NCBI GenBank assembly: GCA_000989305.1
Contig: LBTB01000013.1
Span: forward strand, 1-44,309
Length of the DNA stretch: 44,309 nt
Reading direction: 5' to 3'
From: Candidatus Shapirobacteria bacterium GW2011_GWF2_37_20
Lineage (GTDB): Bacteria > Patescibacteriota > Microgenomatia > UBA12405
Shown here: positions 27,591-37,987 of the stretch, in pieces
Position numbering within the stretch: the stretch's first letter is position 1
Layout of the letters: each line of letters starts with the position of its first letter
The notes under the pieces: model-generated
Seen by the model: the letters and a program-made list of their open reading frames with translations, nothing else
Databases searched by the model: none
Told to the model about the DNA's origin: nothing
Translations under genes and position numbers: made by a program

Positions 27591-27594
27591 GACA

Positions 27595-28221
27595 GTGGGA
27601 AATATTGACCTTAGTAAACATGAAGCTCTTTACGGCTCTTTTGATGGTGGACACGATAGACAACATTTAATTGCAGTTCGAAATTGTGCCCTAAAACTTG
27701 CAAAAAAATACGCTCCCAATAAAACTGACTTAGTTTATATTGCCGCTACTTTACACGATATCGGACTTAGTATTGATCGGGAAAACCATGAAATTGAAGG
27801 TGAAAAATTAATTCGCTCCGACCTCTATTTAAAATCCCAATTATCACCGGATGATTTTGAAGAATTGTGTCACTCTGTCGGACAACATCGTGCCTCCACC
27901 GGAAAACCTAAAAGTATTGTTGCCAAAATAATTAGTGATGCTGACCGTGGTGGTGGTTCTAATGATCCTGGTGAACAATTTTCTCGAGCCTACTGGTACG
28001 GCAAAAAAAATTATCCCGATCTTACAGATGATGAACAAATTTGGAGAGCAGCTAAACATCAAACTGAAAAATTTTCTCCGGGTAACTATGGACGACGTAC
28101 CTATTTTCCTGAAACGGAAATTCGACTAAAAAAGATTATTGATCCCATTATCAAGGCTTATAAAAATCAGGACTTAAAATTTCTCAAATCTTTGGTAAAA
28201 CCTTTGCTACACTTATATTAA
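27595..28221 (+). CDS. HD-domain phosphohydrolase
   Basis: GHD..H...V, AATLHDIG, H...G, HRAS and I.SDADR. GTG start. Confidence 0.85.
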   Translation: MGNIDLSKHEALYGSFDGGHDRQHLIAVRNCALKLAKKYAPNKTDLVYIAATLHDIGLSIDRENHEIEGEKLIRSDLYLKSQLSPDDFEELCHSVGQHRASTGKPKSIVAKIISDADRGGGSNDPGEQFSRAYWYGKKNYPDLTDDEQIWRAAKHQTEKFSPGNYGRRTYFPETEIRLKKIIDPIIKAYKNQDLKFLKSLVKPLLHLY

Positions 28222-29090
28222 TGAAATTGTTTCTGTATTTTTGTTTTACAGTTTTATCAATAACTGCCGTTCTTTTTTATAAATCATATTCCGCTCTTCA
28301 TCGAGAGTTAAATATTCATGCCACCGAAATTAGTACCAGTTCTCCTCTTTTCCTCAAAGCCAAAACCAAATATCTTTTAAACTCAGATCAGCAAAAAATT
28401 GCCTATTACTCTTTTCCGGTTGCCAATCCCAAAGCAGTTGTTATTTTAGCCCATGGTTACAGCAATCCCGGTGGTAAAAATCAAATGCTTGATCACGTTG
28501 ACTACCTCAACCGGGCAAAATATTCTGTCTATCTTCTGGATTTTAGATCTTTTGCTGAAAGTGAAGGTCAAAAAATCTATTTGGGCGTTAAAGAATGGCA
28601 GGATTTGGAAACCATTTATGATTACGTTTATTCTCTCCCTGAAAATCGTAATAAAAGAATTGGTTATCTGGGTTTTTCCATGGGTGCGGTTAGCGCCATC
28701 AATAGTGTGGCCAAAACCGGCAAGGGCGATTTTATTATTGCTTCTACTCCCTATGCCAGTGTTGACTCAATGTATCGTTTTCGTTTGGCTCAGAATAAAT
28801 TTCCCCCTTTTCTGTTTACAAAGCTTGCTATTATCGCCGAATTAGGCACAGCTTCGCAGGTAATTTCCCCTGAAAATCTTATCTCGAAAATCGATATTCC
28901 CATCACAATTTTTTCTGCCCAAAACGACACTCACGTCGATAGTCATGACGCCCAGAAGCTTTATGACCTATTAACAGCCAACATTGTCAAAGATTTTTGG
29001 CAAGCCAACGATTCTGATCACGATATCTATGCTAGCCATCCTGATGATTTCCAACAGCATGTTTTGTCTTTCTTAGCTAAAATACACTAG
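28221..29090 (+). CDS. Membrane-anchored alpha/beta hydrolase
   Basis: N-terminal TM, VILAHG, DFRS..ESEG, GFSMG nucleophile elbow, D..V and a C-terminal His. Confidence 0.88.
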   Translation: MKLFLYFCFTVLSITAVLFYKSYSALHRELNIHATEISTSSPLFLKAKTKYLLNSDQQKIAYYSFPVANPKAVVILAHGYSNPGGKNQMLDHVDYLNRAKYSVYLLDFRSFAESEGQKIYLGVKEWQDLETIYDYVYSLPENRNKRIGYLGFSMGAVSAINSVAKTGKGDFIIASTPYASVDSMYRFRLAQNKFPPFLFTKLAIIAELGTASQVISPENLISKIDIPITIFSAQNDTHVDSHDAQKLYDLLTANIVKDFWQANDSDHDIYASHPDDFQQHVLSFLAKIH

Positions 29091-32000
29091 TGAGTAATTT
29101 TGACACTGAGTATAAAAAATTAAATCCTGAACAAAAAATTGCCGTTGATACGATTGAAGGTCCTGTTATGGTTATTGCCGGTGCTGGTACCGGTAAGACC
29201 CAAACAATAGCTCTTAGAATTGGCAGAATATTACAGGAAACCCAAATCAACCCCAGCAACATTTTATGTCTGACCTTCACCGAAAACGCCTCTCTTAATA
29301 TGCGCGAACGTCTTTTGGATTTAATCGGTCCTTCCTCCTATTCTGTCCGTATTGCTACTTTTCACGCTTTTTGTAATTCTGTTATCAAGGATCACCCGGA
29401 ATACTTTCTCAAATCTACCGTCGAATCCGAAGCCATTGACGATATAACTCAAATTGAAATTGTCCGTTCCCTTATCGATAAATTACCATCTGCTAGTCCA
29501 CTCAAAAACCTTAACTTCACTTATTTTTATCAAAAAGATATTATTTCCACTCTCTCAACTCTTAAAAAGGAAAATATTTCTCCCGCTCGCTTCGATGAAT
29601 TATTAAAACATGCCGCCGACTTTGTTATCTTAGCCTCTCCCGTCGCCGATAAACTCCAAACTATTCGTGCCACACCAAAGGCCGCTTCCGAAATAACAGC
29701 ACTGATTTCTGATTTAATTGCCTCCCCAAAAATCGACCCCCTCTATCAGGTCCGTCTCAAATATTTTTTAAATCTCTATCACTCCGAGGCTTCATCCCTG
29801 TCAGATCTCAAGAAAAACGTCAAAGATTTTATCGAATCTGTAAATAACAATCTTCCTAAACTTCGGGACTTATCTCTAATTTATCAATCTTACCAGGACA
29901 CTCTTCAACAGCGCGGTCTCTACGATTATGAGGACATGATTCTCTGGGTAATTTTAGCCCTACAAACTCATCAAGAATTACTTTCCCAATATCAGGAACT
30001 CTATCAGTATCTTTTAGTCGACGAGTTTCAGGACACTAATTCTGCTCAAATGGAAATCCTAAATTTATTGACTAAAAATCAAAGCAACCCCAACCTATTT
30101 GTGGTCGGTGACGATGATCAGTCCATCTATCGTTTCCAGGGCGCCTCAGTTGAAAACGTTTACACTTTTTATCAAAAATATCAGAAAAATTTAAAACTAA
30201 TTGTCTTAAAAAATAATTATCGTAGCCATCAATTAATTCTTGATTCGTCTCAAGACGTCATTAATCATAACCTTAGTCGTATTACCCAATACATTAGTAA
30301 TCTCGATAAGTCATTAAAATCAGTTTCTACTTTCGATCCCGATCCTATCAATCTCTTTGCCGCCAATTCTATTGCCGAAGAAAACTATTGGGTTTCAGAA
30401 AAAATAAAAACTTTAGTTGACTCCGGAGTCACTCCTAAAAATATCGCCGTTCTTTATCGCAACAATGCCGACATTAACGACTTACTTCCTTATCTTTCGC
30501 AAAAGAGTCTTCACTATCTTCGCTCAGATTCCATCAATATTCTCGACACTCCCAAAATTCAACAACTATTAACTCTCTTAAAATATTTGGCAGATCCAAA
30601 AAACGACACCCTTCTTTTCCACGTTCTCTCTTATAAGTTTATTCATCTAAATTCTCTTGAACTCTACCAGCTTTTTCACTTAACCTCCAAAGAAAAACGG
30701 CCCCTTTCCGAACTTATTTTTGATAAAGAATTTATTAATAAAAATTTTTCCGGCCGTTTTGCCAAAAATCTTAATGTCTTTGCCCTTCGTGTCGCTAAAA
30801 TTCAAAAATTATCCAAAAGTCTTCCCGCCGATGAATTATTTAATTTAATCATCAGAAAATTTAAGTATCTGCCATTTATTCTAAAAACAGGCAATTTATC
30901 TCTACTTAAACAACTAAACACTCTTTACTCCCACCTCAAACAAAGTCTTCTGGTTGATAAAATAGATCTTTTTTCTTGGGTCAAAAAATTAGATTTACTT
31001 TTTGAAAATAATATTTCCCTTAATTCTCCACCACTTTTAGCCGATGTCGATAATTCTTTAAGACTGATGACTGTCCACAAGGCTAAAGGTTTAGAGTTCG
31101 AGCATGTTTTCTTAATTAAAGTTTTATCTGGGAAATGGGACAATTCCTTCTCGCGTTCTCTGATTAAACTGCCCCTGGGCATTCTTAACTACGATATCGC
31201 CACCCCCGAATCCCTAGAGGAAGACCGTCGTCTTTTTTATGTCGCCCTCACCCGGGCCAAAAAACAAGTTTACATTTCTTATTCCCGTTTCAATGACTCA
31301 CGCCGGGAGCAATTAGCTTCTCAATTTGTCAGTGAAATTAATCCTAAATTAATTGAAAAAACTACCACCGATTCCACTATCGAGAAAGAATCACTGACTT
31401 CCTTATTTCACCCCGGAACTCCCAAACTTCAGTCGACAGATCTAAAATCCTATCTCCAAAATTATTTGGATACTCAATACCGTTTTAATATTACCCACCT
31501 TAATTCATATTTAAAATGTCCACTTTGCTTTTTCTTTAAAACAATTTTGCGCCTGCCTTACCCAAAAACAAAATCTCTTTCCTTTGGCACCAGTGTCCAC
31601 GGTGCTCTGGCTTACCTTACTGAAATTTATAAAAAAGAAAATAAATTAATTTCTTTAGACAGGTTTCTTTCAATTTTTGATTTTAATTTGAAAAGAGAAA
31701 ATTTATCAAATAACGACTTTCAGGATCTCCTAAATCATGGCCATCAAGTCTTAACCAATTATTACGAACATTATAAAAATGATTTTAATGGTCATTGTTT
31801 TACCGAGCATGATTTCAAATCTCACAATGTTCGTCTTAATGACATTCCTCTCACCGGAAAGATTGATAAGATTGAATTTTTATCCGGGAATCAGGTTAAT
31901 GTTGTCGACTACAAAACCGGAAAACCAGACTCTAAATATCAAGAACTAAGTCCAGAAGGGGATTATTTTCGTCAGTTGGTTTTCTATAAATTACTTTGCT

Positions 32001-32236
32001 CTGAGGCCAAGAGTTTTCCATACGAAGTAGTCTCGGGAACTGTAGATTTCATTGAAAAAAATAACAAAAATTTATTTGTTCGCAAAAATTATTCTCTAAC
32101 AACTGACGACGTCAATAAATTAAAAGCCCAAATTACTGAGGTGTTCAGAAAAATTAAAACCCTTGACTTCACCCCCAATTCCAAATGTGAAGACAAAGAC
32201 CACTTACATTATTTATTTGATAAATATTTTAACTAA
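29090..32236 (+). CDS. UvrD/REP helicase with a C-terminal PD-(D/E)xK nuclease (AddA/AdnB-like)
   Basis: IAGAGTGKT, LVDEFQDTN, VGDDDQSIYRFQGA, TVHKAKGLEF, RRLFYVALTRA, then Y.KCP..F, G...H, GKIDKIE and VVDYKTG. Confidence 0.9.
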   Translation: MSNFDTEYKKLNPEQKIAVDTIEGPVMVIAGAGTGKTQTIALRIGRILQETQINPSNILCLTFTENASLNMRERLLDLIGPSSYSVRIATFHAFCNSVIKDHPEYFLKSTVESEAIDDITQIEIVRSLIDKLPSASPLKNLNFTYFYQKDIISTLSTLKKENISPARFDELLKHAADFVILASPVADKLQTIRATPKAASEITALISDLIASPKIDPLYQVRLKYFLNLYHSEASSLSDLKKNVKDFIESVNNNLPKLRDLSLIYQSYQDTLQQRGLYDYEDMILWVILALQTHQELLSQYQELYQYLLVDEFQDTNSAQMEILNLLTKNQSNPNLFVVGDDDQSIYRFQGASVENVYTFYQKYQKNLKLIVLKNNYRSHQLILDSSQDVINHNLSRITQYISNLDKSLKSVSTFDPDPINLFAANSIAEENYWVSEKIKTLVDSGVTPKNIAVLYRNNADINDLLPYLSQKSLHYLRSDSINILDTPKIQQLLTLLKYLADPKNDTLLFHVLSYKFIHLNSLELYQLFHLTSKEKRPLSELIFDKEFINKNFSGRFAKNLNVFALRVAKIQKLSKSLPADELFNLIIRKFKYLPFILKTGNLSLLKQLNTLYSHLKQSLLVDKIDLFSWVKKLDLLFENNISLNSPPLLADVDNSLRLMTVHKAKGLEFEHVFLIKVLSGKWDNSFSRSLIKLPLGILNYDIATPESLEEDRRLFYVALTRAKKQVYISYSRFNDSRREQLASQFVSEINPKLIEKTTTDSTIEKESLTSLFHPGTPKLQSTDLKSYLQNYLDTQYRFNITHLNSYLKCPLCFFFKTILRLPYPKTKSLSFGTSVHGALAYLTEIYKKENKLISLDRFLSIFDFNLKRENLSNNDFQDLLNHGHQVLTNYYEHYKNDFNGHCFTEHDFKSHNVRLNDIPLTGKIDKIEFLSGNQVNVVDYKTGKPDSKYQELSPEGDYFRQLVFYKLLCSEAKSFPYEVVSGTVDFIEKNNKNLFVRKNYSLTTDDVNKLKAQITEVFRKIKTLDFTPNSKCEDKDHLHYLFDKYFN

Positions 32237-32667
32237 TGAAACTTCTCATTAAGCGTTTCGACAAATCTCTCCCTCTCCCCGTTCATAAGACCCCAGGGGC
32301 TGTGGCAGTTGATCTTTGTTCCCGAATCGATCTTGACATCCAACCCAAAGAAATTGTCTATATCCCCATGAATGTCGCTATTAAAATTCCCGACGGGTAT
32401 TTTATTTTAAGTGCTCCCCGCAGTTCTACTCACAAAATGGGACTCCTCGGCATAAACAGCATTGGTATTTTCGACCGTGACTTTTGTGGTGACAACGATG
32501 AATATCATTTTGCGGCTTACAATTTCACCGACACGGTTGTTCACATTGAAAAAGGTGCCCGTTTAATCCAACTTGTTTTAATTAAATGCGAAAATTTTGA
32601 ATTTACTGAGCTTGACAAAATGTCAGATCCCACCCGTGGTGGCTTTGGTACTACTGGGGTAAAATAA
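32236..32667 (+). CDS. dut: dUTP pyrophosphatase
   Basis: AVDL, PRSS, N.IG.FD.DF.G and RGGFG(T)TG. Confidence 0.92.
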   Translation: MKLLIKRFDKSLPLPVHKTPGAVAVDLCSRIDLDIQPKEIVYIPMNVAIKIPDGYFILSAPRSSTHKMGLLGINSIGIFDRDFCGDNDEYHFAAYNFTDTVVHIEKGARLIQLVLIKCENFEFTELDKMSDPTRGGFGTTGVK

Positions 32668-32670
32668 ACC

Positions 32671-33711
32671 ATGACCATTGTTTATATTCTTTTAGTCCTG
32701 ATTTTAATCGCGGTTCTTTACTTTATCTATCTCCAAAAAACTACTAAACCCGACACCATCGATTTGTCAAAAGCCATCGACACCTTGGTTAAGCAATCAA
32801 ACGACAAGTTAAACGACAAAAATCTTCAAATTCAAACCGATCTTTCCAATAAAAAAGATGCCATCGAAAAAATGATTAGAGGCATCAGTGATCAATTAAC
32901 CACCGTCGAAAAAGAAAGAGTGGGTTCGTTTAAGGGTCTTCGTGAAGCTATTGAAAACACTTCAAAAATTACCAAGGAGCTTTCAGTTACCACTGAAGGT
33001 TTGAAGCGAACCCTAAGTAGCGATCGGATGCGTGGAGCCTTTGGAGAAAAGGTTGCCGAAGACCTCTTAATGCAATCAGGTTTTGTTATTGGAACAGATT
33101 ATTCCAAACAAGAAACTTTTGCTGAAGGTCGGCCAGATTTTACTGTCTACCTCCCAGATAAAACCAAATTAAACATAGACGCCAAATTTCCCTATGCCAA
33201 TATTGTCAAGATGAGTGAAACTGAAAATGCCGATCAAAAAGCCCAGTTTTTAAAAGCTTTCGAAGGTGATATAAAAAGAAAAATATCTGACGTCTCGACT
33301 CGAAACTACATAAACCCCGAAGAAAATACTGTTGATTTTGTGGTCGTTTTTATCCCAAACGAAATGATTTTTTCTTTTATCTATGAAAAATTTCCCAACA
33401 TTTTAGAAGAAGCCTTCAGTAAAAAAATCGTTTTTGCCGGCCCCTTTTCTTTTACTGCCATTCTTCGAATGGTTAAACAAGCTTATGAAAATTTTCGTTT
33501 TCAAAAAAATGTTGCCGGGATAATTACTCAAATTAAAATCTTTGGAACGGAATTTGAAAAATATAACGAAGAATTCTTTAAATTTGGTGATCGTATCAGT
33601 AGTCTTCAAAAACAATACGAAGAAGTCAGTAATACCCGGACCAAAAAACTCCAGAAAGTTGTGGACAAAATCAATATAGAGGACAAAAGTCAGAATAAGG
33701 CAATTGTTTAG
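32671..33711 (+). CDS. rmuC: DNA recombination protein RmuC family
   Basis: TM plus coiled coil, RG.FGE, RPD....LP, IDAKFP, YINP...TVDF...F.PNE. Confidence 0.9.
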   Translation: MTIVYILLVLILIAVLYFIYLQKTTKPDTIDLSKAIDTLVKQSNDKLNDKNLQIQTDLSNKKDAIEKMIRGISDQLTTVEKERVGSFKGLREAIENTSKITKELSVTTEGLKRTLSSDRMRGAFGEKVAEDLLMQSGFVIGTDYSKQETFAEGRPDFTVYLPDKTKLNIDAKFPYANIVKMSETENADQKAQFLKAFEGDIKRKISDVSTRNYINPEENTVDFVVVFIPNEMIFSFIYEKFPNILEEAFSKKIVFAGPFSFTAILRMVKQAYENFRFQKNVAGIITQIKIFGTEFEKYNEEFFKFGDRISSLQKQYEEVSNTRTKKLQKVVDKINIEDKSQNKAIV

Positions 33712-33759
33712 TATTAAATAAAATATTTTGGTAATAGGGTTTTAATTATCACTTACCTC

Positions 33760-33796
33760 TTGACAGTGCTTAGCAGTCAGTATAATATACTGCTAA
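33760..33796 (+). promoter_or_regulatory. Promoter overlapped by a CIRCE-like HrcA operator
   Basis: TTGACA at 33760-65. TTAGCAGTC-N9-TACTGCTAA at 33770-33796 contains TATAAT and ends 1 nt before the hrcA ATG. Confidence 0.85.
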
Positions 33797-33797
33797 T

Positions 33798-34538
33798 ATG
33801 GCTGATTTAACTCAACGTCAAATAAAAATTCTTAAGTGTATTACTGAGGAATTTATTGATTCGGCTCTTCCGGTCGGCTCGGAAACTTTAGAGCGAAAAT
33901 TCAACCTCGGTATTTCTTCTGCCACCATTAGGAATGAAATGGCTTCTTTAACTCAACTCGGCTTTCTAAAGAAAGGCCATCTTTCCGCTGGTCGATGTCC
34001 CACCTCGATGGGTCTCAAGTATTATGTCCGCAACTTAATGACCTCCAAAAATATGTCTGTTAGTGACGAAATTGGTGTCAAGGAAAAAGTTTGGGAATAT
34101 AGGAATGAATTTGAAAAATTACTTAAAGAAACCACTCGTGAATTAGCTCTAAAAACCCGTTCCCTGGCTATTGCTACCACTGACCAAGGAGCTATTTTTA
34201 GTTATGGTGCCTCAAATTTACTTGAAGAACCGGAATTTTATAACATCGATGTTACCAAAACTGTTTTATCTCTTTTGGACAATCCTGAATTCTGGTTTGA
34301 AATTATTTCCAAAGCCGGGGTTAATACCGAAGAACCCTCCTCTCAATTGATTCACTTATTAATTGGTGAAGATTTGGGTATGGAACATCTCGAACCATGT
34401 GGTTTTATTTATCAGACTTATCAAGCTGGTCCTCACCGTGGTATCGTTGGTGTCATTGGTCCTGCTCGTGTTCATTATCAAGTTATTATTCCCGTCGTCG
34501 ATTACTTTGCCGAGTTAATCTCGACCATTAGTCGTTAA
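33798..34538 (+). CDS. hrcA: Heat-inducible transcription repressor HrcA (short form)
   Basis: LT.RQ..IL..I.EEFI....PVGS..L, SSATIRNEM..L...G.L...H.SAGR.PT..G and GVIGP.R..Y. Confidence 0.93.
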   Translation: MADLTQRQIKILKCITEEFIDSALPVGSETLERKFNLGISSATIRNEMASLTQLGFLKKGHLSAGRCPTSMGLKYYVRNLMTSKNMSVSDEIGVKEKVWEYRNEFEKLLKETTRELALKTRSLAIATTDQGAIFSYGASNLLEEPEFYNIDVTKTVLSLLDNPEFWFEIISKAGVNTEEPSSQLIHLLIGEDLGMEHLEPCGFIYQTYQAGPHRGIVGVIGPARVHYQVIIPVVDYFAELISTISR

Positions 34539-34545
34539 ATTTTTT

Positions 34546-35010
34546 ATGACCGCTAAAAAAACTAAACAGAAAACCAATCTAGTGCCCGAAATCCTCAAAA
34601 TGGAGGAAAAAATTAAAGACCTAGAAGAAAAACTATCTCGGGCTCTGGCTGATTATGCCAATCTTCAAAAACGTCAGGATGAACAACATCAGTTTTATGC
34701 CACCTTGGCCATTAGTTCTTTTATTTCCCAGGCTTTAGGAGTTCTTGATGAGCTTCATTTAGCTTATAAACATCTACCTGATCCGGGACTTAAAATGGCT
34801 ATCGACCGCTTCGAGTCTGTCCTCAAAAATCAAGGCCTTGAAGAAATTAAGGCTCTTGGTGAAAATTTCGACCCGGAAACAATGGAATGCTTACAGGTTG
34901 TTGAGGGTGAACCCGATAAAGTTATTGAAATTCGTCAACAGGGTTACACCTTAAGCGGCCGCTGTCTTCGTCCTGCCCAAGTAATTGTTGGCAAAAAATT
35001 AAAACAATAG
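34546..35010 (+). CDS. grpE: Nucleotide exchange factor GrpE
   Basis: RALADYANLQKR, GE.FDP...E and Q.GY.L.GR.LRPA.V.V. Confidence 0.95.
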   Translation: MTAKKTKQKTNLVPEILKMEEKIKDLEEKLSRALADYANLQKRQDEQHQFYATLAISSFISQALGVLDELHLAYKHLPDPGLKMAIDRFESVLKNQGLEEIKALGENFDPETMECLQVVEGEPDKVIEIRQQGYTLSGRCLRPAQVIVGKKLKQ

Positions 35011-35039
35011 ATTATTTATTAATTAATATTTAAAAAAAT

Positions 35040-36971
35040 ATGTCAAACACATCCACAAAAATAATAGGTATCGATTTAGGTACCACCAATTCCTGCGTTG
35101 CCGTTATGGAAGCCGGCCATCCGAAAGTTATTCTCACCGCTGAAGGTCGTAACACTATTCCTTCCATTGTTGAACCTGTCAAAAAACTAGTTGGCGACCT
35201 TGCCAAAAGACAAATGGTTCTTAATTCCCAAAGTACGATCTTTAGTATTAAAAGATTAATGGGTCGCCGTTTTGACGATCCCGAAGTCGAAAAAACTAAG
35301 AAAATTGTTTCTTATAAAATTGTTGCCGGTAAGGACAATATGGCCGCCGTTGAAGTTGAGGGCAAGATTTACTCTCCTCAAGAAATTTCTGCCATGATAT
35401 TGCAAAAAGCTAAAGCTGATGCTGAAAGATATCTAGGTGAAAAAATTACTGACGCTGTTATCACTGTCCCCGCCTATTTTGATGATTCTCAACGTCAAGC
35501 CACTAAACAGGCTGGAGAAATTGCTGGTCTTAATGTTAAAAGAATTGTCAATGAGCCCACCGCTTCCGCTCTAGCCTATGGACTGGATAAAAAGAATAAA
35601 GGCATTGTGGCCGTTTATGATCTTGGTGGTGGAACCTTTGACATTTCCATTTTAGAAATCGGTGATGGAGTTTTCGAAGTCAAGGCTACTAACGGAGACA
35701 CTTTCCTTGGTGGTGATGATTTTGATCATCGTATTTCCAATTGGTTGATCGAAACTTTCCAAAAAGAACACGGTATCGATTTAAGTAAAGATCCCCAAGC
35801 TCTACAGCGTATTCGTGAAGCCGCCGAAAAGGCCAAGATTGAATTGTCTTCAACTGGTGAAACCGAAATCAATTTACCCTTTATTACTCAAAAAGATAAA
35901 GAATCTTTGCACTTAACCGTCAAATTAACTCGTTCCGAACTGGAGAAAATGGTTGATGATCTTATTCAAAAAACTATTGATCCTGTTGAAAAATGTCTCA
36001 AAGATGCCGGTGTTACTAAGAGCGATATCACTGATGTAGTCATGGTTGGTGGTATGACCCGTATGCCCAAAGTGCTCGAAGTAGTCAAAGACTTCTTTGG
36101 TCGTGATCCTAATACTACGGTTAATCCGGACGAAGTTGTTGCTATTGGCGCCGCTGTCCAGGGAGCAGTTTTAACCGGTGAAGTCAAAGATATTGTTCTT
36201 CTTGATGTCACCCCTCTAACTCTGGGTATTGAAACTGCCGGCGGTGTTCGTACTCCCTTAATCGAGAGAAACACTACCGTTCCCACCAAAAAATCCCAGA
36301 TTTTTACTACATATGCTGATTCCCAACCTCAGGTTGAAATCAATGTATTGCAGGGTGAGCGACCCATGGCCGCCGATAATAAAACTCTGGGTAAATTCAT
36401 CCTCGACGGACTGGCACCGGCTCCCCGTGGAGTTCCTCAAATTGAGGTTACCTTTGATATTGATAGCAACGGTATCTTAAGCGTTTCTGCCAAAGACAAG
36501 GGTACTAATAAGGAGCAAAAAATTACCATCCAAAATGCTACCAATCTTTCCGACGATGAAGTCGAAAAGATGAAAAACGATGCTGAAATGCATGCCCGTG
36601 AAGATGAAGAAAAGCACGCTTTTGTTGAAAGTAAAAACAAACTCGATGCCACTATTTTCACCGGTGAAAAAACCTTAAAAGACTTTGCTGACAAAGTTAA
36701 GCCAGATGATAAGACAAAAATTGAAGAAAAACTTAAAGCCGGCAAAGAGCTTTTAGCTAAAACCGATGTCAAAAAGGATGAGTTTGATAAATTCACCGAA
36801 GAATTAAATCAAATGCTTCAGGCTGTCGGTCAGGCAGTTTATGCCCAACCAGAAGCTAATAAGGCTGGCGAGCCCGCTCCCGAAACCGATGTCAAAGATT
36901 CAAAAAAATCTGACAAATCAAAACCGGACGACAAAAAAGAAGCTGAAGAAGGAGAAGTCGTTAAAGAATAA
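35040..36971 (+). CDS. dnaK: Chaperone DnaK
   Basis: [41 protein letters not shown] and [13 protein letters not shown]. Confidence 0.99.
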   Translation: MSNTSTKIIGIDLGTTNSCVAVMEAGHPKVILTAEGRNTIPSIVEPVKKLVGDLAKRQMVLNSQSTIFSIKRLMGRRFDDPEVEKTKKIVSYKIVAGKDNMAAVEVEGKIYSPQEISAMILQKAKADAERYLGEKITDAVITVPAYFDDSQRQATKQAGEIAGLNVKRIVNEPTASALAYGLDKKNKGIVAVYDLGGGTFDISILEIGDGVFEVKATNGDTFLGGDDFDHRISNWLIETFQKEHGIDLSKDPQALQRIREAAEKAKIELSSTGETEINLPFITQKDKESLHLTVKLTRSELEKMVDDLIQKTIDPVEKCLKDAGVTKSDITDVVMVGGMTRMPKVLEVVKDFFGRDPNTTVNPDEVVAIGAAVQGAVLTGEVKDIVLLDVTPLTLGIETAGGVRTPLIERNTTVPTKKSQIFTTYADSQPQVEINVLQGERPMAADNKTLGKFILDGLAPAPRGVPQIEVTFDIDSNGILSVSAKDKGTNKEQKITIQNATNLSDDEVEKMKNDAEMHAREDEEKHAFVESKNKLDATIFTGEKTLKDFADKVKPDDKTKIEEKLKAGKELLAKTDVKKDEFDKFTEELNQMLQAVGQAVYAQPEANKAGEPAPETDVKDSKKSDKSKPDDKKEAEEGEVVKE

Positions 36972-36986
36972 TAAAATTAAGTTAAA

Positions 36987-37020
36987 ATATAGGGACCCTG
37001 CAGTTACGGGGTCCCTATAT
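36987..37020 (+). other. Strong stem-loop between dnaK and dnaJ without a U-tract
   Basis: ATATAGGGACCCTG-cagtta-CGGGGTCCCTATAT. Confidence 0.7.
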
Positions 37021-37025
37021 CCAAA

Positions 37026-37886
37026 ATGAAACGCGATTTTTACGAAGTATTAGGTGTCAATAAAAATGCCTCAAAAGAGGAAATTAAATCGGCCTATAGG
37101 AAACAAGCGATGTCTTGGCACCCCGATAAGAACAAAGCTCCTGAAGCTGAAGAAAAATTCAAAGAAATTAACGAAGCTTACGAAGTACTTAGTAATACCG
37201 ATAAAAAATCTGCCTATGACCAATTTGGCAATGCCGCCTTTGATCCTAATTCGGGTAACTTTGGTGGACATACTTATTCTCAGCAAAATGGTCCTTTTAA
37301 CTTCACCTGGCAAGGTCAAAATGGAGGCCAGGGTGCTGATTTTGATTTCGGTGGTTTTAGTAACCCCTTCGATATTTTTGAACAATTTTTTGGTGGGGGA
37401 ACCGCTTTCAATTTTGGTGGCCAACAAAGACGCCAAATCCCCACCTATAAAATCCAACTTTCCTTTCTTGAAGCCGCTCTAGGTTGCGAAAAAGAAGTTG
37501 ATATTGACGGACACAGAAAAAAAATTAAAATCCCTGCCGGTGTTGATGATGGTCAACGAATTAAATTTCAGGAGTTCAATTTGTATATCGATGTTATTCC
37601 TGATAAATATTTTAAACGTGAAGGCAATGATGTTTATGTAAACGAAAATATATCCTTGTCACAGGCAATTTTGGGGGACGTCATCGAAGTCCAGACCTTA
37701 AAAGAGAAACTAAAAATTAGGGTAAAATCTGGAACTCAACCAAACACCCTGGTTCGCCTTCGCGGTCAAGGGATTAAGGATGTTGCTGGTTACGGAGTTG
37801 GCGACCTTTACATTCGCTTGGTTATTGTTATTCCTTCCCGTCTTTCAAGTAAACAAAAAGAACTGATAAATGAATTAGGACTGTAG
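37026..37886 (+). CDS. dnaJ: DnaJ chaperone, class B (no zinc finger)
   Basis: J domain with HPD, G/F region and C-terminal KIPAGV..G; no CxxCxGxG repeats. Confidence 0.9.
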   Translation: MKRDFYEVLGVNKNASKEEIKSAYRKQAMSWHPDKNKAPEAEEKFKEINEAYEVLSNTDKKSAYDQFGNAAFDPNSGNFGGHTYSQQNGPFNFTWQGQNGGQGADFDFGGFSNPFDIFEQFFGGGTAFNFGGQQRRQIPTYKIQLSFLEAALGCEKEVDIDGHRKKIKIPAGVDDGQRIKFQEFNLYIDVIPDKYFKREGNDVYVNENISLSQAILGDVIEVQTLKEKLKIRVKSGTQPNTLVRLRGQGIKDVAGYGVGDLYIRLVIVIPSRLSSKQKELINELGL

Positions 37887-37942
37887 ATTAGTTTTTAAGC
37901 CAATTTGGTGTTATAATAGCCCAATTAATCTGTGGTATTCGG

Positions 37943-37973
37943 AATGGGGGCGACGCGTCCCCATTTTTGTTTT
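37943..37973 (+). terminator. Terminator-like hairpin in the nusA 5' leader
   Basis: AATGGGGGCG-ACG-CGTCCCCATT then TTTGTTTT, downstream of TGtTATAAT (37909-37917) and upstream of ATG 37988. Confidence 0.65.
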
Positions 37974-37987
37974 ACCATCAAAAAAAT

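Noticed and set aside
27595-33711. HD protein + hydrolase + helicase-nuclease + dut + rmuC as an anti-phage system
   Set aside because: Most of these genes have their own leaderless -10, all have host-like composition, and all belong to common housekeeping families. No defence-specific domains were recognised.
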